Made by a program: the position numbers and the translations under genes. From the sequence record MZ443769.1: 64,000 nt of DNA, one strand, 5' to 3'. The notes under the pieces are model-generated. The model saw nothing but the letters and a program-made list of their open reading frames with translations, did no database searches and was not told where the DNA came from. Numbering within the stretch: position 1 is the first letter of the stretch; each line of letters starts with the position of its first letter. This document shows, in pieces, positions 44,661-54,797 of this stretch.

Positions 44661-45125
44661 CTACAACGCTAATCCTATCCCAATCGCAGCCGCAATGCGA
44701 GTCAACCACAATTGGAAATCAGCAGACTTCTGATCTTCAATACGTGCCTTACGCTCTGCAACTAGATCTTCTGATAGACCGTTCGCTCTCACCTCTTCGG
44801 CTTGAGCAAGACGCAGCAACTTATTGCGTTCGTCTACGGTAAGGTTCAGTACATCGAGTAACTTGTTTCGCTCTTCGGTACGGTCTTTAGCAGACTGATA
44901 GAGCGTTATTAAATCAACCATTCCCTTTTTATCGAGAACTGCAACCTTCTGCTTGTCTATCTCTTTGACAGTAACAGTCGGCTTAGCAGGAACAGGCTCT
45001 TTGTCCCATTCTACTTTGTTGATTTGTTGAACATCCTGCATAGTCGTTTTCTTCTGAGCATCAATATTGCTTAGCCCAGAACATCCAACGAGGAACAGTG
45101 ACAGTACGAGCACGATTATTTTCAT
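44661..45125 (-). CDS. spanin lipoprotein (lipobox plus C-terminal hydrophobic segment)
   Basis: MKIIVLVLSLFLVG|C; coiled-coil middle; ends LWLTRIAAAIGIGLAL. Confidence 0.7.
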   Translation of the reverse strand: MKIIVLVLSLFLVGCSGLSNIDAQKKTTMQDVQQINKVEWDKEPVPAKPTVTVKEIDKQKVAVLDKKGMVDLITLYQSAKDRTEERNKLLDVLNLTVDERNKLLRLAQAEEVRANGLSEDLVAERKARIEDQKSADFQLWLTRIAAAIGIGLAL

Positions 45126-45415
45126 AGCTTATTGTACTTATTGACCAGCTCATCCATACTGTCGTCTTCGCTTGGTGGTTTGCTTGTCGTCTCAGGCTTC
45201 CGCTCGTTCAGTTCTTTCACCGCCTCGTTAACAGTCTTGCTGTCATCGACTTGGTTCTTGATTGCTGCTTCGCGCGTATTGTCTGCGGCTTTCTGCTCAC
45301 CTGCTGTAGTAGACTCTGCTTTCGGACGACGGAATAACAACGCAGTCACGATCAACACAGCTACAGATGCGAAAACCTTCCAGTATTTCTGAATCACTTC
45401 AATGGCCTTTGACAT
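45122..45415 (-). CDS. i-spanin-like type II membrane protein
   Basis: N-terminal TM (VFASVAVLIVTALLF), helical periplasmic tail; overlaps lipoprotein start. Confidence 0.6.
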   Translation of the reverse strand: MSKAIEVIQKYWKVFASVAVLIVTALLFRRPKAESTTAGEQKAADNTREAAIKNQVDDSKTVNEAVKELNERKPETTSKPPSEDDSMDELVNKYNKL

Positions 45416-45427
45416 TGTACTACCTCG

Positions 45428-45733
45428 CTATTCTTTACCCGGCTCCTGCTTCTCTGCTTTAGTCGTCTGCAAGTTGACAAGATTCTCAACGGTAAACGCT
45501 AACGAGAAGTAGGTCAAATGATCTGTCTGGCCATTCATCAGAAGACCGATGAACATACCGGTAGACACGAAGATTGCCGCGATGGAGGAGATAGGATTCA
45601 ACGTCCAATACTCTTTCCAGTTTAAGCCTTCGCGCTTAGTCTTAACAACATAGTTCATCAAGACACCGCCAACGTATGACAGAAAGAAAGCTACAATCTG
45701 AATAGTCGGCATTTGGGATAAAGCATCACCCAT
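45428..45733 (-). CDS. probable holin
   Basis: 101 aa from ATG 45733 (GGAG RBS), 2-3 TM segments, charged C-tail, next to spanins. Confidence 0.55.
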   Translation of the reverse strand: MGDALSQMPTIQIVAFFLSYVGGVLMNYVVKTKREGLNWKEYWTLNPISSIAAIFVSTGMFIGLLMNGQTDHLTYFSLAFTVENLVNLQTTKAEKQEPGKE

Positions 45734-45754
45734 GTTCAAAACTCCATATTGGAC

Positions 45755-45782
45755 AAAAAGAAAGGGCAGCCGAAGCCACCCT
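45755..45782 (-). terminator. intrinsic terminator, GGGTGGC/GCTGCCC family
   Basis: Minus strand AGGGTGGC-TTCG-GCTGCCCT-TTCTTTTT. Confidence 0.8.
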
Positions 45783-45789
45783 CTATTCA

Positions 45790-46029
45790 TCAGAGTTGAC
45801 CAGATTCTATCTGACCATCCTGATACAGTTCGCGTTTGCGTTCTTTCCAAGTGGAAGACACATCGTTGAAGAACTCGCGCAATTTATCATCGTCAAGTTC
45901 GAACGGTTGTGCTACTTCGTACTTATCGCAAAGGCTTTTAAACGTTTTCGCATACTCCGTTTGAAGCAGTGATTGTGCTGCGCTCACGCTAATAAACGGC
46001 TTAGCAGATAGAACAATGTTCAGTTGCAT
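45790..46029 (-). CDS. hypothetical protein
   Basis: GAGGA RBS; CACAGTAATTTA upstream. Confidence 0.7.
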   Translation of the reverse strand: MQLNIVLSAKPFISVSAAQSLLQTEYAKTFKSLCDKYEVAQPFELDDDKLREFFNDVSSTWKERKRELYQDGQIESGQL

Positions 46030-46058
46030 TATGTTATCCTCTCTTGTTATGTACGTTT

Positions 46059-46070
46059 TAAATTACTGTG
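46059..46070 (-). promoter_or_regulatory. motif II putative promoter
   Basis: CACAGTAATTTA oriented with gene 46029. Confidence 0.6.
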
Positions 46071-46665
46071 CGTACTTCAAAACAAGATCATTGAGAAGAA
46101 TAGCTTTTGACTGATCGAGCGTTGCGGAACTGTTAGCGAATACTTGCCCTCCAACGATTTTAAGATCAGCAGCAGAGTTTTCATCACCAACAGAGCCAAC
46201 AAACAGTTCGACAGTACGGCCAAGGTTAGTGCTTACAAGACCTGTTGACAAGTCAAGTTCGTTAACGCCCAGCATCAGATAGCAGAACCATGTAGGAGTA
46301 CCATCAGCTTTGATGTAACAACTACGGGTATCGCTCGCACCTGCAAGAATGTTGTTGGCAGCGGCAGCAGATAACGCGGCAACGTACTTCGTATCCGCTT
46401 GAACAGACACAGGGCGGATAGTTGCAACACCACCAAGATAGTCTGTGTTACGTGCGTCAAGCAACGGCTTAGGATAGATGAAGTACGAGTTACTACCTGT
46501 GATGCTCGTCTTGAGATAATCCGTCAATTCTGCTTTCGTTGGCATAACGCCTTTGAATAACAGAACAGCAGAACCGACGCCTGTTACTGTAGTGGGCTTT
46601 GTAGAGATAGCGCTATTGACAGCCATTCGATGCAGAGCCGCAGCAGTGTTAGGAAGTAAGCGCAT
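46063..46665 (-). CDS. virion structural paralog, short type A1
   Basis: LLFKGVMPT...PTWF...VGSVGDENSAADLKIVGG. Confidence 0.7.
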   Translation of the reverse strand: MRLLPNTAAALHRMAVNSAISTKPTTVTGVGSAVLLFKGVMPTKAELTDYLKTSITGSNSYFIYPKPLLDARNTDYLGGVATIRPVSVQADTKYVAALSAAAANNILAGASDTRSCYIKADGTPTWFCYLMLGVNELDLSTGLVSTNLGRTVELFVGSVGDENSAADLKIVGGQVFANSSATLDQSKAILLNDLVLKYAQ

Positions 46666-47531
46666 TAGATTGTCTCCCCTACTGAGGCAATGAAAGGGAT
46701 TGTGATATCACTGATATTCGGATGCCCGTACTTACCTGTCTGTGTGATATCAAGTACAAAGTCTGTATTGATATCAAGGACCATACCGAGATACTCGTCA
46801 TCAACAGCAGACAACACAGTGATATAGGATGACGTAGCGATTGTACTCGGCACCAACACTGCATGAGTGATAGGAGTCTGAGTAAACGCCGTGCCCTGTT
46901 CAGCATAGAACTGGAATACATTATTCTGTCCTGCTGATTTACACACAAGTCTGATCTTACGTGCAGAGAAGTCAAGACCTTCTGTCATACCAGTATTCAG
47001 AACGATAGGAGTCCACACACCAGTAGCAATGTCTTGGTAGAGTGCATCAAAGCCGCTGATAGCAAGAGCATAGATGCTACGGAATTTCAAAGTACGACCG
47101 AAGTCATACTCAACCATTTCACCTACAGCCCACGCAGTTGTCAGAGCTTGCAACTCAATACCGAGAGCACCTTGTGCTACGATCAAGTTTGCCGCTTTAG
47201 AAGAACCCACTAAGTTCGTGATGCGTGTGTATTCAGGATAGACAGCATAGATCTTAGTCGGGACGCCTGCAACGCTAACAGTACGGGGTGCACCATAACC
47301 ACCAAACGGAAGCATACCACGAGCGCGTGAGAAGCGGCGCTGGAAGTTGTTGTCTGAGTCTGAGGTCTGCGCCATATACTTCATATCAACAACAGCGCGT
47401 GAACTAGCAATCAAGTCGGCGAGTGTCTTAGGCACGTTGTTCGAACTACCGGAACGAAGGAACGCAAGCATTCCAGTACCTGCGTAGTTGTTGAGTAACG
47501 TGTAAAGAGCAAATTTTTCTGTACCAAACAT
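46665..47531 (-). CDS. virion structural paralog, long type B1 (discoidin-like insert)
   Basis: VEYDFGRTLKF...ARKIRLV. Confidence 0.65.
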   Translation of the reverse strand: MFGTEKFALYTLLNNYAGTGMLAFLRSGSSNNVPKTLADLIASSRAVVDMKYMAQTSDSDNNFQRRFSRARGMLPFGGYGAPRTVSVAGVPTKIYAVYPEYTRITNLVGSSKAANLIVAQGALGIELQALTTAWAVGEMVEYDFGRTLKFRSIYALAISGFDALYQDIATGVWTPIVLNTGMTEGLDFSARKIRLVCKSAGQNNVFQFYAEQGTAFTQTPITHAVLVPSTIATSSYITVLSAVDDEYLGMVLDINTDFVLDITQTGKYGHPNISDITIPFIASVGETI

Positions 47532-47540
47532 ACATGCTCC

Positions 47541-48077
47541 TTAATACTTGAGACGCAAGTCCATCGGACGGATTGGAGCAAGCGTGTTCATTGTGACAGC
47601 ACCGCCTACGATCTTGAGATCAGCAGCAGAGTTTTCATCGCCGACAGTACCTACGATAATTGTGTAGGCGTTAGTACCAGAAGAAAATCCTGCCCAAGCA
47701 TCTGAGGTTTGCGCAGCAGACGAGATGCGAAGCAAGAACCACGTAGGCGTACCAGCTTGTGCAGCAGTGAACGTTGCAGTCTGAGCACTAAGCGGGAATG
47801 ACATTTGCATATTCTCAATGTCTGTTACAGGCACAAACGATTGTGGGAAAACAACGTCTGCAAGGAAATTGCCTGTAGTGGCGAATGCAGCAATTGTACC
47901 AGCAGACCACAGAACAGACTGAGAAGCTGTTCCAAGTAGAGCTGTAAGCTGATCGTCAGTAGGCATCGTACCAGAGAACAGTGCTAAATGCAGTGCGTTC
48001 GCAGAGACGGTACCGAAAAGACGCTGTGCCTGATTGATAAGACCCGCGTTGCGGTTATAAGCTTGAGCCGTGCGCAT
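47541..48077 (-). CDS. virion structural paralog, short type A2
   Basis: LALFSGTMPT...PTWF...VGTVGDENSAADLKIVGG. Confidence 0.7.
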   Translation of the reverse strand: MRTAQAYNRNAGLINQAQRLFGTVSANALHLALFSGTMPTDDQLTALLGTASQSVLWSAGTIAAFATTGNFLADVVFPQSFVPVTDIENMQMSFPLSAQTATFTAAQAGTPTWFLLRISSAAQTSDAWAGFSSGTNAYTIIVGTVGDENSAADLKIVGGAVTMNTLAPIRPMDLRLKY

Positions 48078-49150
48078 TAGTATGCCTCCAGGACAATAGG
48101 TTTGTATGCGTAGGAAATAAGACCTACAGTCTGTTCAGTACCTGGGTATACAGTAGCATCAGTGAGGAATAAATCATTCACAGAAGCCTGCTTCAAGTCA
48201 TCAGTCACAGTGAATCCAATGTGCGGGAACAAGCGACCTAATGCCCAGCCAACCGCGTACGGGTTTGTTGAGATAACGCCTGAATACACGTTGGCGGGAG
48301 CAGCAGTCATTAGCACAGCATGTTGAATCTTACCCAACACACGCGGGCTTGAGCCTGAAACATAATCGCCGTAGAAGTGCAGACTGAACAGACCAATACC
48401 GAGCGTGAATGGCCACCCAGCCGCTTTCGATACAAGACGGAACTTACGGCCAGTCACAGTTGCAGGAAGTGTGAAGAACTTCTCGCTGTTAGTAGCAGCA
48501 ACTGTCAGGTTAGTTGTAACGTTCGTAACATCAGTCCACGTGCTGCCTACTAATACTTGCAGGAAGACCATGTACACGCCAGATGCTAAGAACGGATGAG
48601 AACCACTAGACCCTTGATTCAGAGAAGTCAGACTGTTGATAGTCACGTCTGCACCGAAGTCATACTCTGCGATAGGCCAAGTACCGTCAGCGTTTTGCTT
48701 AGGAATAGGCATAGTACCGGCTGCTGCCTGAGTAGCGTACATGATAGCAGAAGTTGCTGAGGCACAACGGTGATTCAAGATCGTACCGAGGGCAATGTCC
48801 AACTGATACTGAGCATTCGCTTGTGGTACAATGTCAGCGTAAGCAGATGCGTAAGGCAGAGTCAATTTAGGTAGAACGCGCTTGCCACGGAAGCCTGCAA
48901 CTGTAGTCCATGCAGGCGCTGGAGATATCTGATATGCAGGATACGTCAGTGGTGTAAGTGTTTGCAACCCGTTAGCACTAGCAGCCTGAACAAACATACG
49001 GCCAGACACCATGTTGTTGGCAAGAGTCTGAATATCATAGTTCAGCGGATTCGGAAGCGTGTTCTCCATAAAAGCACAAAACTGTACTTGTGGAGTCGTC
49101 TGTGCAATTGGTAACATTTTCATATTTACATGCCCTAGTTTTAAAGACAA
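48077..49150 (-). CDS. virion structural paralog, long type B2
   Basis: AEYDFGADVTI...GRKFRLVSK; start may be 49123. Confidence 0.65.
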   Translation of the reverse strand: MSLKLGHVNMKMLPIAQTTPQVQFCAFMENTLPNPLNYDIQTLANNMVSGRMFVQAASANGLQTLTPLTYPAYQISPAPAWTTVAGFRGKRVLPKLTLPYASAYADIVPQANAQYQLDIALGTILNHRCASATSAIMYATQAAAGTMPIPKQNADGTWPIAEYDFGADVTINSLTSLNQGSSGSHPFLASGVYMVFLQVLVGSTWTDVTNVTTNLTVAATNSEKFFTLPATVTGRKFRLVSKAAGWPFTLGIGLFSLHFYGDYVSGSSPRVLGKIQHAVLMTAAPANVYSGVISTNPYAVGWALGRLFPHIGFTVTDDLKQASVNDLFLTDATVYPGTEQTVGLISYAYKPIVLEAY

Positions 49151-49194
49151 TTTAAATTAAAGACAGTGGCCTGAATGAGCACCACTGTTTGGCA

Positions 49195-49716
49195 TTACAG
49201 TTGGAAGTTCAGATCAAGCAGACGATACGTTTGACCCGCAACAATATTGCCACCAATGAAGCGGAGTTCTGCATCTGAGCTATCCGTACCGACAGTACCG
49301 ATAATCAGATTATTGATATATCCTGTTGAGTTGAATCCTGCCCATGTCTGAGCGGCCGCTGCAACACTGCATTGACGTAACACGAAATACGTAGGCGTAC
49401 CCACAGCAAGACCTAACACAGATTGAGATAAAGCGCTCAATGGTAGTGTGACTGTTCGAGCATCTACGTTAATCACAGGTGTCATTGCTGGGCACACGAT
49501 GGAACCAAGATAGTTCGCTTGTACGATACCCATGTTCGTGAACGCAGTGGCTAGCGAGATCAAAGTTGAGTTCGGTGTGCCAGGAGCTGAGACCAGAGCA
49601 TCTTCCAGTCTAGGCACAGAGCCTTTGAACAGACCGATGTGCATCGTGTTCAGAGGAATAGCAGAAGCGAACAGACCATTAATCTCAACAAGAGATGTAC
49701 CTTTATTGCTAATCAT
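49195..49716 (-). CDS. virion structural paralog, short type A3
   Basis: IGLFKGSVP...PTYF...IGTVGTDSSDAELRFIGG. Confidence 0.7.
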   Translation of the reverse strand: MISNKGTSLVEINGLFASAIPLNTMHIGLFKGSVPRLEDALVSAPGTPNSTLISLATAFTNMGIVQANYLGSIVCPAMTPVINVDARTVTLPLSALSQSVLGLAVGTPTYFVLRQCSVAAAAQTWAGFNSTGYINNLIIGTVGTDSSDAELRFIGGNIVAGQTYRLLDLNFQL

Positions 49717-50807
49717 ACACCTCTCCCTTTCATTGGGTATGCACGAAGACGAAACGCAGGGATAGGGAATTCACCGAGATTGCGTGAATAGTTTGCATCG
49801 CCTACCAGCAGATCGTTTGCGCCCTGCAATTTGATATCATCAGTGATACGCAATCCGATTTGAGTCCAATAGCGTCCGCTCGCAGCGTTAGCTACAGCAG
49901 GAGCGGTAAAGGACCAAACAGATGACGCAACTTGTGTGCCCGCTATGATAGTCGTCATGACCATACTTTTAATCTTCCCGATAACGCGAGGTGCTTGACC
50001 TACATAGTTACCGAAGAACATTAAGCTGAACGGATAGAAGCCGCTCGTAGTAGGCACGGCTGCTTGCTTGCTCACGATACGGAACTTCGTTGCAGTTACA
50101 GGCTGGTCGAGCGTAGTGCCTACAGGTGTATAGTTTGTGATCGTCCGCAGTCGAGCGAATGCGTCTACAACATCTACCCACACGTTATTCACAAGAGCCT
50201 GTACAAACTGTTGCTGGTTGTTGAAGAACACCATCTGAGTCTGCGACGTTGAACCCGTAGAGACTACAACAAGGTCTGAGATAGTTACATCAGCACCGAA
50301 GTCGTACTCGGCAAACAAATACCAACCTTCATCTGTCTTTGAATAGTTCGGACAGAACAGGTTGCTTGTCGTTAGCACATACTGAGGACTTGTAAGGCCT
50401 AAGCGATGTGACAAGATAGTCTGAGCCACAGTCTCGTTATATGCTGTTACGTTGAGTGCATTCAGCGCGCGGGTACGCTGATCAAGAGCAGGCAGTCGCA
50501 CTTTAGGGATGATGCGATTCAGTGTGTCATAACGTGTGCCCAAACCACTAGGCTGCTTGAATGGAACCCATGCAGGGTAGAAGTTATTCATAGGCATGTG
50601 CGCGAGAAGTTGCGGCTCATACTTTTGTTGAATAGGTGACGCAGGCGGAGTTGTGTTGATCGCACGAGTCAGTGAACGGAACGTTACTGCATCATTGAAC
50701 GCTCCGTGTACGCCTCTGTCTAACGGGTTAGGCAAGTCTGTGTCAAACAGCAGACCTAGCATCGTAGTCATGGGCTGGTTAAGACTCGTCATCGGTAAAA
50801 TTTGCAT
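49713..50807 (-). CDS. virion structural paralog, long type B3
   Basis: AEYDFGADVTI...ATKFRIVSK. Confidence 0.65.
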   Translation of the reverse strand: MQILPMTSLNQPMTTMLGLLFDTDLPNPLDRGVHGAFNDAVTFRSLTRAINTTPPASPIQQKYEPQLLAHMPMNNFYPAWVPFKQPSGLGTRYDTLNRIIPKVRLPALDQRTRALNALNVTAYNETVAQTILSHRLGLTSPQYVLTTSNLFCPNYSKTDEGWYLFAEYDFGADVTISDLVVVSTGSTSQTQMVFFNNQQQFVQALVNNVWVDVVDAFARLRTITNYTPVGTTLDQPVTATKFRIVSKQAAVPTTSGFYPFSLMFFGNYVGQAPRVIGKIKSMVMTTIIAGTQVASSVWSFTAPAVANAASGRYWTQIGLRITDDIKLQGANDLLVGDANYSRNLGEFPIPAFRLRAYPMKGRGV

Positions 50808-50816
50808 AACGATTCC

Positions 50817-51398
50817 TTATGAGTACACGATGTTGTTGAGAACGGTAGGGCTCGTCAGAGTTGCTGAACCATCGCCTGCAATAACAATTGGAGCACCCAT
50901 CTTTTGAAGATCTTCAATGGTCAACTCGATGCAACTACAGATACGCGCAGCACTCACAGTTGGTGCAATTGTTGAGTTGTGCATCATGATATACATGCGA
51001 TTGAACGGCACCAAGTTCACAGGCAGAGAACCGAGTGCGTTGTCGATGAATTCAAACACACGCTCGCCACCACCTCTATTTGTTTGACGCAGCAGACCAG
51101 TAGAGAACTGAGTAGGCGTCATCACACACGTAGGGAAGTTTGCTGCGAGGAAAGCGCGTAACGTGTCAAGACTGAATGGAGCACCGACCACAGTATTCCA
51201 CACAGAATCAGGTATAGCATCACCGTTAGAGAATACGATAGCAGCCTGATATTCAGTTGAGTAAGGTACGCCGAACCCTGTGTCAGTTGCGTCAGTATAA
51301 GCAGACACATAACGAGGCATAAAGACGCCTTCTGTCGTATTAACAGCAGAGCCGAGTGGGTCTCCGCGCATGTTCTGCAAAGCTTTTGAGATAAACAT
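50817..51398 (-). CDS. probable virion structural protein
   Basis: Coupled to B4; AAIVFSNGDAIP resembles the array N-terminal motif. Confidence 0.55.
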   Translation of the reverse strand: MFISKALQNMRGDPLGSAVNTTEGVFMPRYVSAYTDATDTGFGVPYSTEYQAAIVFSNGDAIPDSVWNTVVGAPFSLDTLRAFLAANFPTCVMTPTQFSTGLLRQTNRGGGERVFEFIDNALGSLPVNLVPFNRMYIMMHNSTIAPTVSAARICSCIELTIEDLQKMGAPIVIAGDGSATLTSPTVLNNIVYS

Positions 51399-52306
51399 TA
51401 TGAGCCACTCCTTTGCGTGAAGCGAAGCTTAGGACAGTACACGCGAGTCAGTTTGTTCGGCACGATGTTGCCTACAATTTTAAACGGACCTGCAACACCA
51501 CACGCATCAGCAGCGAACATGATTTCATCAGAGTAATCAATATCACCGTGAGTACGTGTATTCGTGTGGGCAAGTGCAGCCCAAGTAGGTTGAGTCTGGG
51601 CCGTGGACGGAGCTTGGTCTACAGAAGACAGAAGAACGAAAGCAGCATCAATAGCATTAGCGCCACCAACGGACTTGAGACGATATTTCTTCGAAGCAAC
51701 AGGCGAAGTTACAGGATAACAGTTTGCTTCGCCTGCAACAACAGCACCTAAAGTAGTGGCTGTCTCTGTGTTGTCGTCTGCAATACGCACAAGCTGATAC
51801 GTGTTACTGACAGCACTCATGAACTTAAGGTGAGTGATAGTAACCGCAGCATCAAACTCAATCACGTAGTCGCCGTATCCTTGACGTGCGTGGTTGAAGT
51901 TGCTTGAACCGCCTGAGGTGAGCAATGAGATGTTACGATCAGACTGTGCATTGCTCTGAATAGTACGAGGCATAAGCTGTGTGACAGGCAAGAGTGCTGT
52001 ACCAATAGTCCCGTAATATGATACACCCTTTGGAATGTATTGAGACTGGAGCTGTAGCGCAATAACGTTACCGTTCTCAATTCCTGTAACAGGGTTGCGC
52101 ACAAGTCCGAGACTTTTGTTGTACAAGTCTGCGAGAGAACGTGAGTTGAAGACCTCTGCGAAGCCTTCTTTTGAAGTAGGCATACGTCCATCAAACATGA
52201 ACAACGACCAGCCTGCTCCGACATGTGGACTATTTATTGCGACCGCTAGATTGACGTTACTGCCAATCATGCTCTGCGCCATAATTCTGTTATTGATGAT
52301 TTTCAT
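51398..52306 (-). CDS. virion structural paralog, long type B4
   Basis: LFMFDGRMPT...IEFDAAVTI...SKKYRLK...PTWAAL; ATG at 52306. Confidence 0.65.
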   Translation of the reverse strand: MKIINNRIMAQSMIGSNVNLAVAINSPHVGAGWSLFMFDGRMPTSKEGFAEVFNSRSLADLYNKSLGLVRNPVTGIENGNVIALQLQSQYIPKGVSYYGTIGTALLPVTQLMPRTIQSNAQSDRNISLLTSGGSSNFNHARQGYGDYVIEFDAAVTITHLKFMSAVSNTYQLVRIADDNTETATTLGAVVAGEANCYPVTSPVASKKYRLKSVGGANAIDAAFVLLSSVDQAPSTAQTQPTWAALAHTNTRTHGDIDYSDEIMFAADACGVAGPFKIVGNIVPNKLTRVYCPKLRFTQRSGS

Positions 52307-52307
52307 A

Positions 52308-52766
52308 TTACCCCACCAGCGGCGCAACAGGCTTGTTAGCAAACTTGGTGTCTGTCAGGTCAAGAGCACCAACAGTCACTTCCATTACGATGTTGTCGTA
52401 CAGGGGTTCAAGCTGTACATCAGTGACGAAAGAACCAGAAGCTTCAACAGCACTAATAGTAGGTGCTGCGAGTGAGCCACGCATCGTGGAGTTCTTAAAC
52501 GTTGACTGAATCTGTGTCACTACTTTTGGTGCAGGCACAGAAGTGTTTGTGGTTGCTACAACAACTGAGCGCTGAGGCAGTGCAATCGGAGTGAATGCAA
52601 GAGCAGCGGCAGGTGCTGAATCAACTTTTACCTGTTGGCGCGTCAAATACACTGACTTGTCATACGACGAAACGAACGGTTGGCTGTTGTCCGTTTCAAT
52701 CTGTGAGAATATCAGCGTGAAGTCTACGAACAGGTCTGGGTCATATGCTACGACTTGAACAAACAT
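52308..52766 (-). CDS. probable virion structural protein
   Basis: Beta-rich, coupled in the array. Confidence 0.55.
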   Translation of the reverse strand: MFVQVVAYDPDLFVDFTLIFSQIETDNSQPFVSSYDKSVYLTRQQVKVDSAPAAALAFTPIALPQRSVVVATTNTSVPAPKVVTQIQSTFKNSTMRGSLAAPTISAVEASGSFVTDVQLEPLYDNIVMEVTVGALDLTDTKFANKPVAPLVG

Positions 52767-53851
52767 TAGTAAGCTCCTTGACGTACACCGTACTGATCGA
52801 TGATAGGAGTGTAAGTAGCATTAGCGCCAGCACCGTAGCCCCCAGTAACCATGTGACCAGAAGCAACAGGCTGAAGGTTAGCGAAAGCAAACGAGTCCAT
52901 CAGCACACCATTCGCGTAGAACGAGTGCATGTTGGTTGTCGCATCATACACGTACTTGATCTTAATCGGCGTTGTAGACTTCATCGCTGCATAGTTATCA
53001 ATCGGGCGTTGAACACGTGGTGTAATTACGCCGCCACCAACGTTGTTCCAGACAAGCAGACCGCCTTCATTCGAGAAGTCTAATGCTACTGTGAAGCGGT
53101 TAGTCAGCGTCGTACCAATCTTAATGATGTTAAACTCTGCCAGACGTGTAGCATCTTGCTGGTGGTACATGAAATCAATCGTGTAAGACTGAGAAGGGTT
53201 GATGAAAGTACCGGTCACGCTCAACACGCCAGTGGTACCTAAATCAATCCCAAGTCCATCGGCAGCAAGAACAGCATTGCCTGTAACAGCAAAGTTGTTG
53301 TTCATGTAATCAAGGAACGAAGGAGTTGAGAACTTGAGTTTATCCAGTGCGATAATCTCATTACCTTGAATCCATGAGTTAAGATCAGAGAACGTCTTAG
53401 ACAGGCTGATACCGAATGCGAGAATGGTGACAGTAGTCTTATATCCGTTCGGGTCGAACTTGATGTTCAGATCAGGATAAAGCAGTGTCACATCAGGGCC
53501 GACTTGCAGACAGATAGGCAAGACACCACCTAAAATCAGATGTGTCGGTACACCCTCCGCTGTAGCAGTCAACGTGCAATCCGAGATTGCTAACGTTGCA
53601 GCAGAAATAGTGCGGACGCAGTTAGTGCCTTTAGCAAGGACTTTGCAGATGCCAGTAGACGCAGCAAGCGCAGCATCAAACATATAGCCAGCACCTGTTG
53701 CAGTTTGATAGTTCAGGCACTTGTTCAGGTCATTCTCCGTGAAGCCACTATTGAGTGACACGAGATAGCATGACTTGTCATCAATGTTGGCGTTGGCGAA
53801 TAAACGAGAAAGCTGGCCTACAGTAGAACCAGAAAACAGTTTCAATTTCAT
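52766..53851 (-). CDS. structural protein with C-terminal LamG/concanavalin-like domain
   Basis: PTHLIL motif, then SYTIDF...YANGVL..VTGGYG..IDQY. Confidence 0.6.
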   Translation of the reverse strand: MKLKLFSGSTVGQLSRLFANANIDDKSCYLVSLNSGFTENDLNKCLNYQTATGAGYMFDAALAASTGICKVLAKGTNCVRTISAATLAISDCTLTATAEGVPTHLILGGVLPICLQVGPDVTLLYPDLNIKFDPNGYKTTVTILAFGISLSKTFSDLNSWIQGNEIIALDKLKFSTPSFLDYMNNNFAVTGNAVLAADGLGIDLGTTGVLSVTGTFINPSQSYTIDFMYHQQDATRLAEFNIIKIGTTLTNRFTVALDFSNEGGLLVWNNVGGGVITPRVQRPIDNYAAMKSTTPIKIKYVYDATTNMHSFYANGVLMDSFAFANLQPVASGHMVTGGYGAGANATYTPIIDQYGVRQGAY

Positions 53852-53852
53852 G

Positions 53853-54797
53853 TTATACCTCGGTCGATGTTCTGATCTGAGCTACGGTAGCAAACTCACC
53901 TGGGCCTAATGAAGGCGCAAGCAGTTCGACCATATTACCGCTGTTGATTCCACCGACAGATACAGCGAAGTAGGTAGGCTCGTAGTTGCCTGTAGCAAGA
54001 GCACCGTAGTTTGTGTCGTGAATAACAACCATCGCCCACTTCAATGTCTTATATGCAGCAATGGCAGATACATCAGACGCAGTTGCAGGAACAGCAAGAC
54101 GTTGAGCAGTAACTGCCTGAACGATACGGAAGCGTTTCGAAGAAGGAGTAGGCGTAGCCATCACGTTACCTTCTTGGTTTGCTGCAATAGACCACGCGAG
54201 TGCAGTACCCACAACACCTGTATCAGACACAGGAGCAATCGTACCGTTACAGGCAGTCAGGCTTGTTGAGCGACCAACGAATGCGTTGATGACTACAGCT
54301 TGATCGAACTCAACCTCTGTAACTAGCCCGCGAATGACAGGCGCGAGTTCGTCAGTAGGTACACCTGCATAACGATGAACAGGATAAAGCGCTGTACCGA
54401 ACAGCTTACGATTGCCTGTGAGAGCAGACGTTGTGTACGCTGTCGTAATGTCGGTGCCTGCAAGCTGACTGATAGGCTGAACGATCTTCGGATAGTGAAT
54501 CGTTGCACCAGACTTGTCTTCATACACGCTACCGGAACGTGCTTTAAATCCAACTTGCTGGTCCATCATATTCAGCAGACCTTCTTGCGTCGGTCGAAGA
54601 TACACGGCAGTTGCGGCTACTGATTGTTTCAGTAGTTCACGCAAGTCCATCGTGTAGTTGGTGAACATGCCTGCTTCTGGCATATCGCTGTCGAAGAAAA
54701 ACATCTGAGCGAGAATGCCTTGGTTAGCTACAGCAGCCCAACCCGACGTTAGTTGCGCTACAGAGAACGGCAACAAGTTGTGTCCTAAAATGCGCAT
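53853..54797 (-). CDS. virion structural paralog, long type B5
   Basis: MFFFDSDMP...VEFDQAVVI...SKRFRIV...KWAMV. Confidence 0.65.
   Translation of the reverse strand: MRILGHNLLPFSVAQLTSGWAAVANQGILAQMFFFDSDMPEAGMFTNYTMDLRELLKQSVAATAVYLRPTQEGLLNMMDQQVGFKARSGSVYEDKSGATIHYPKIVQPISQLAGTDITTAYTTSALTGNRKLFGTALYPVHRYAGVPTDELAPVIRGLVTEVEFDQAVVINAFVGRSTSLTACNGTIAPVSDTGVVGTALAWSIAANQEGNVMATPTPSSKRFRIVQAVTAQRLAVPATASDVSAIAAYKTLKWAMVVIHDTNYGALATGNYEPTYFAVSVGGINSGNMVELLAPSLGPGEFATVAQIRTSTEV

Noticed and set aside
45734-45850. ORF-track N-terminal extension of the holin
   Set aside because: It spans the upstream gene end and a terminator; ATG 45733 has a GGAG RBS.
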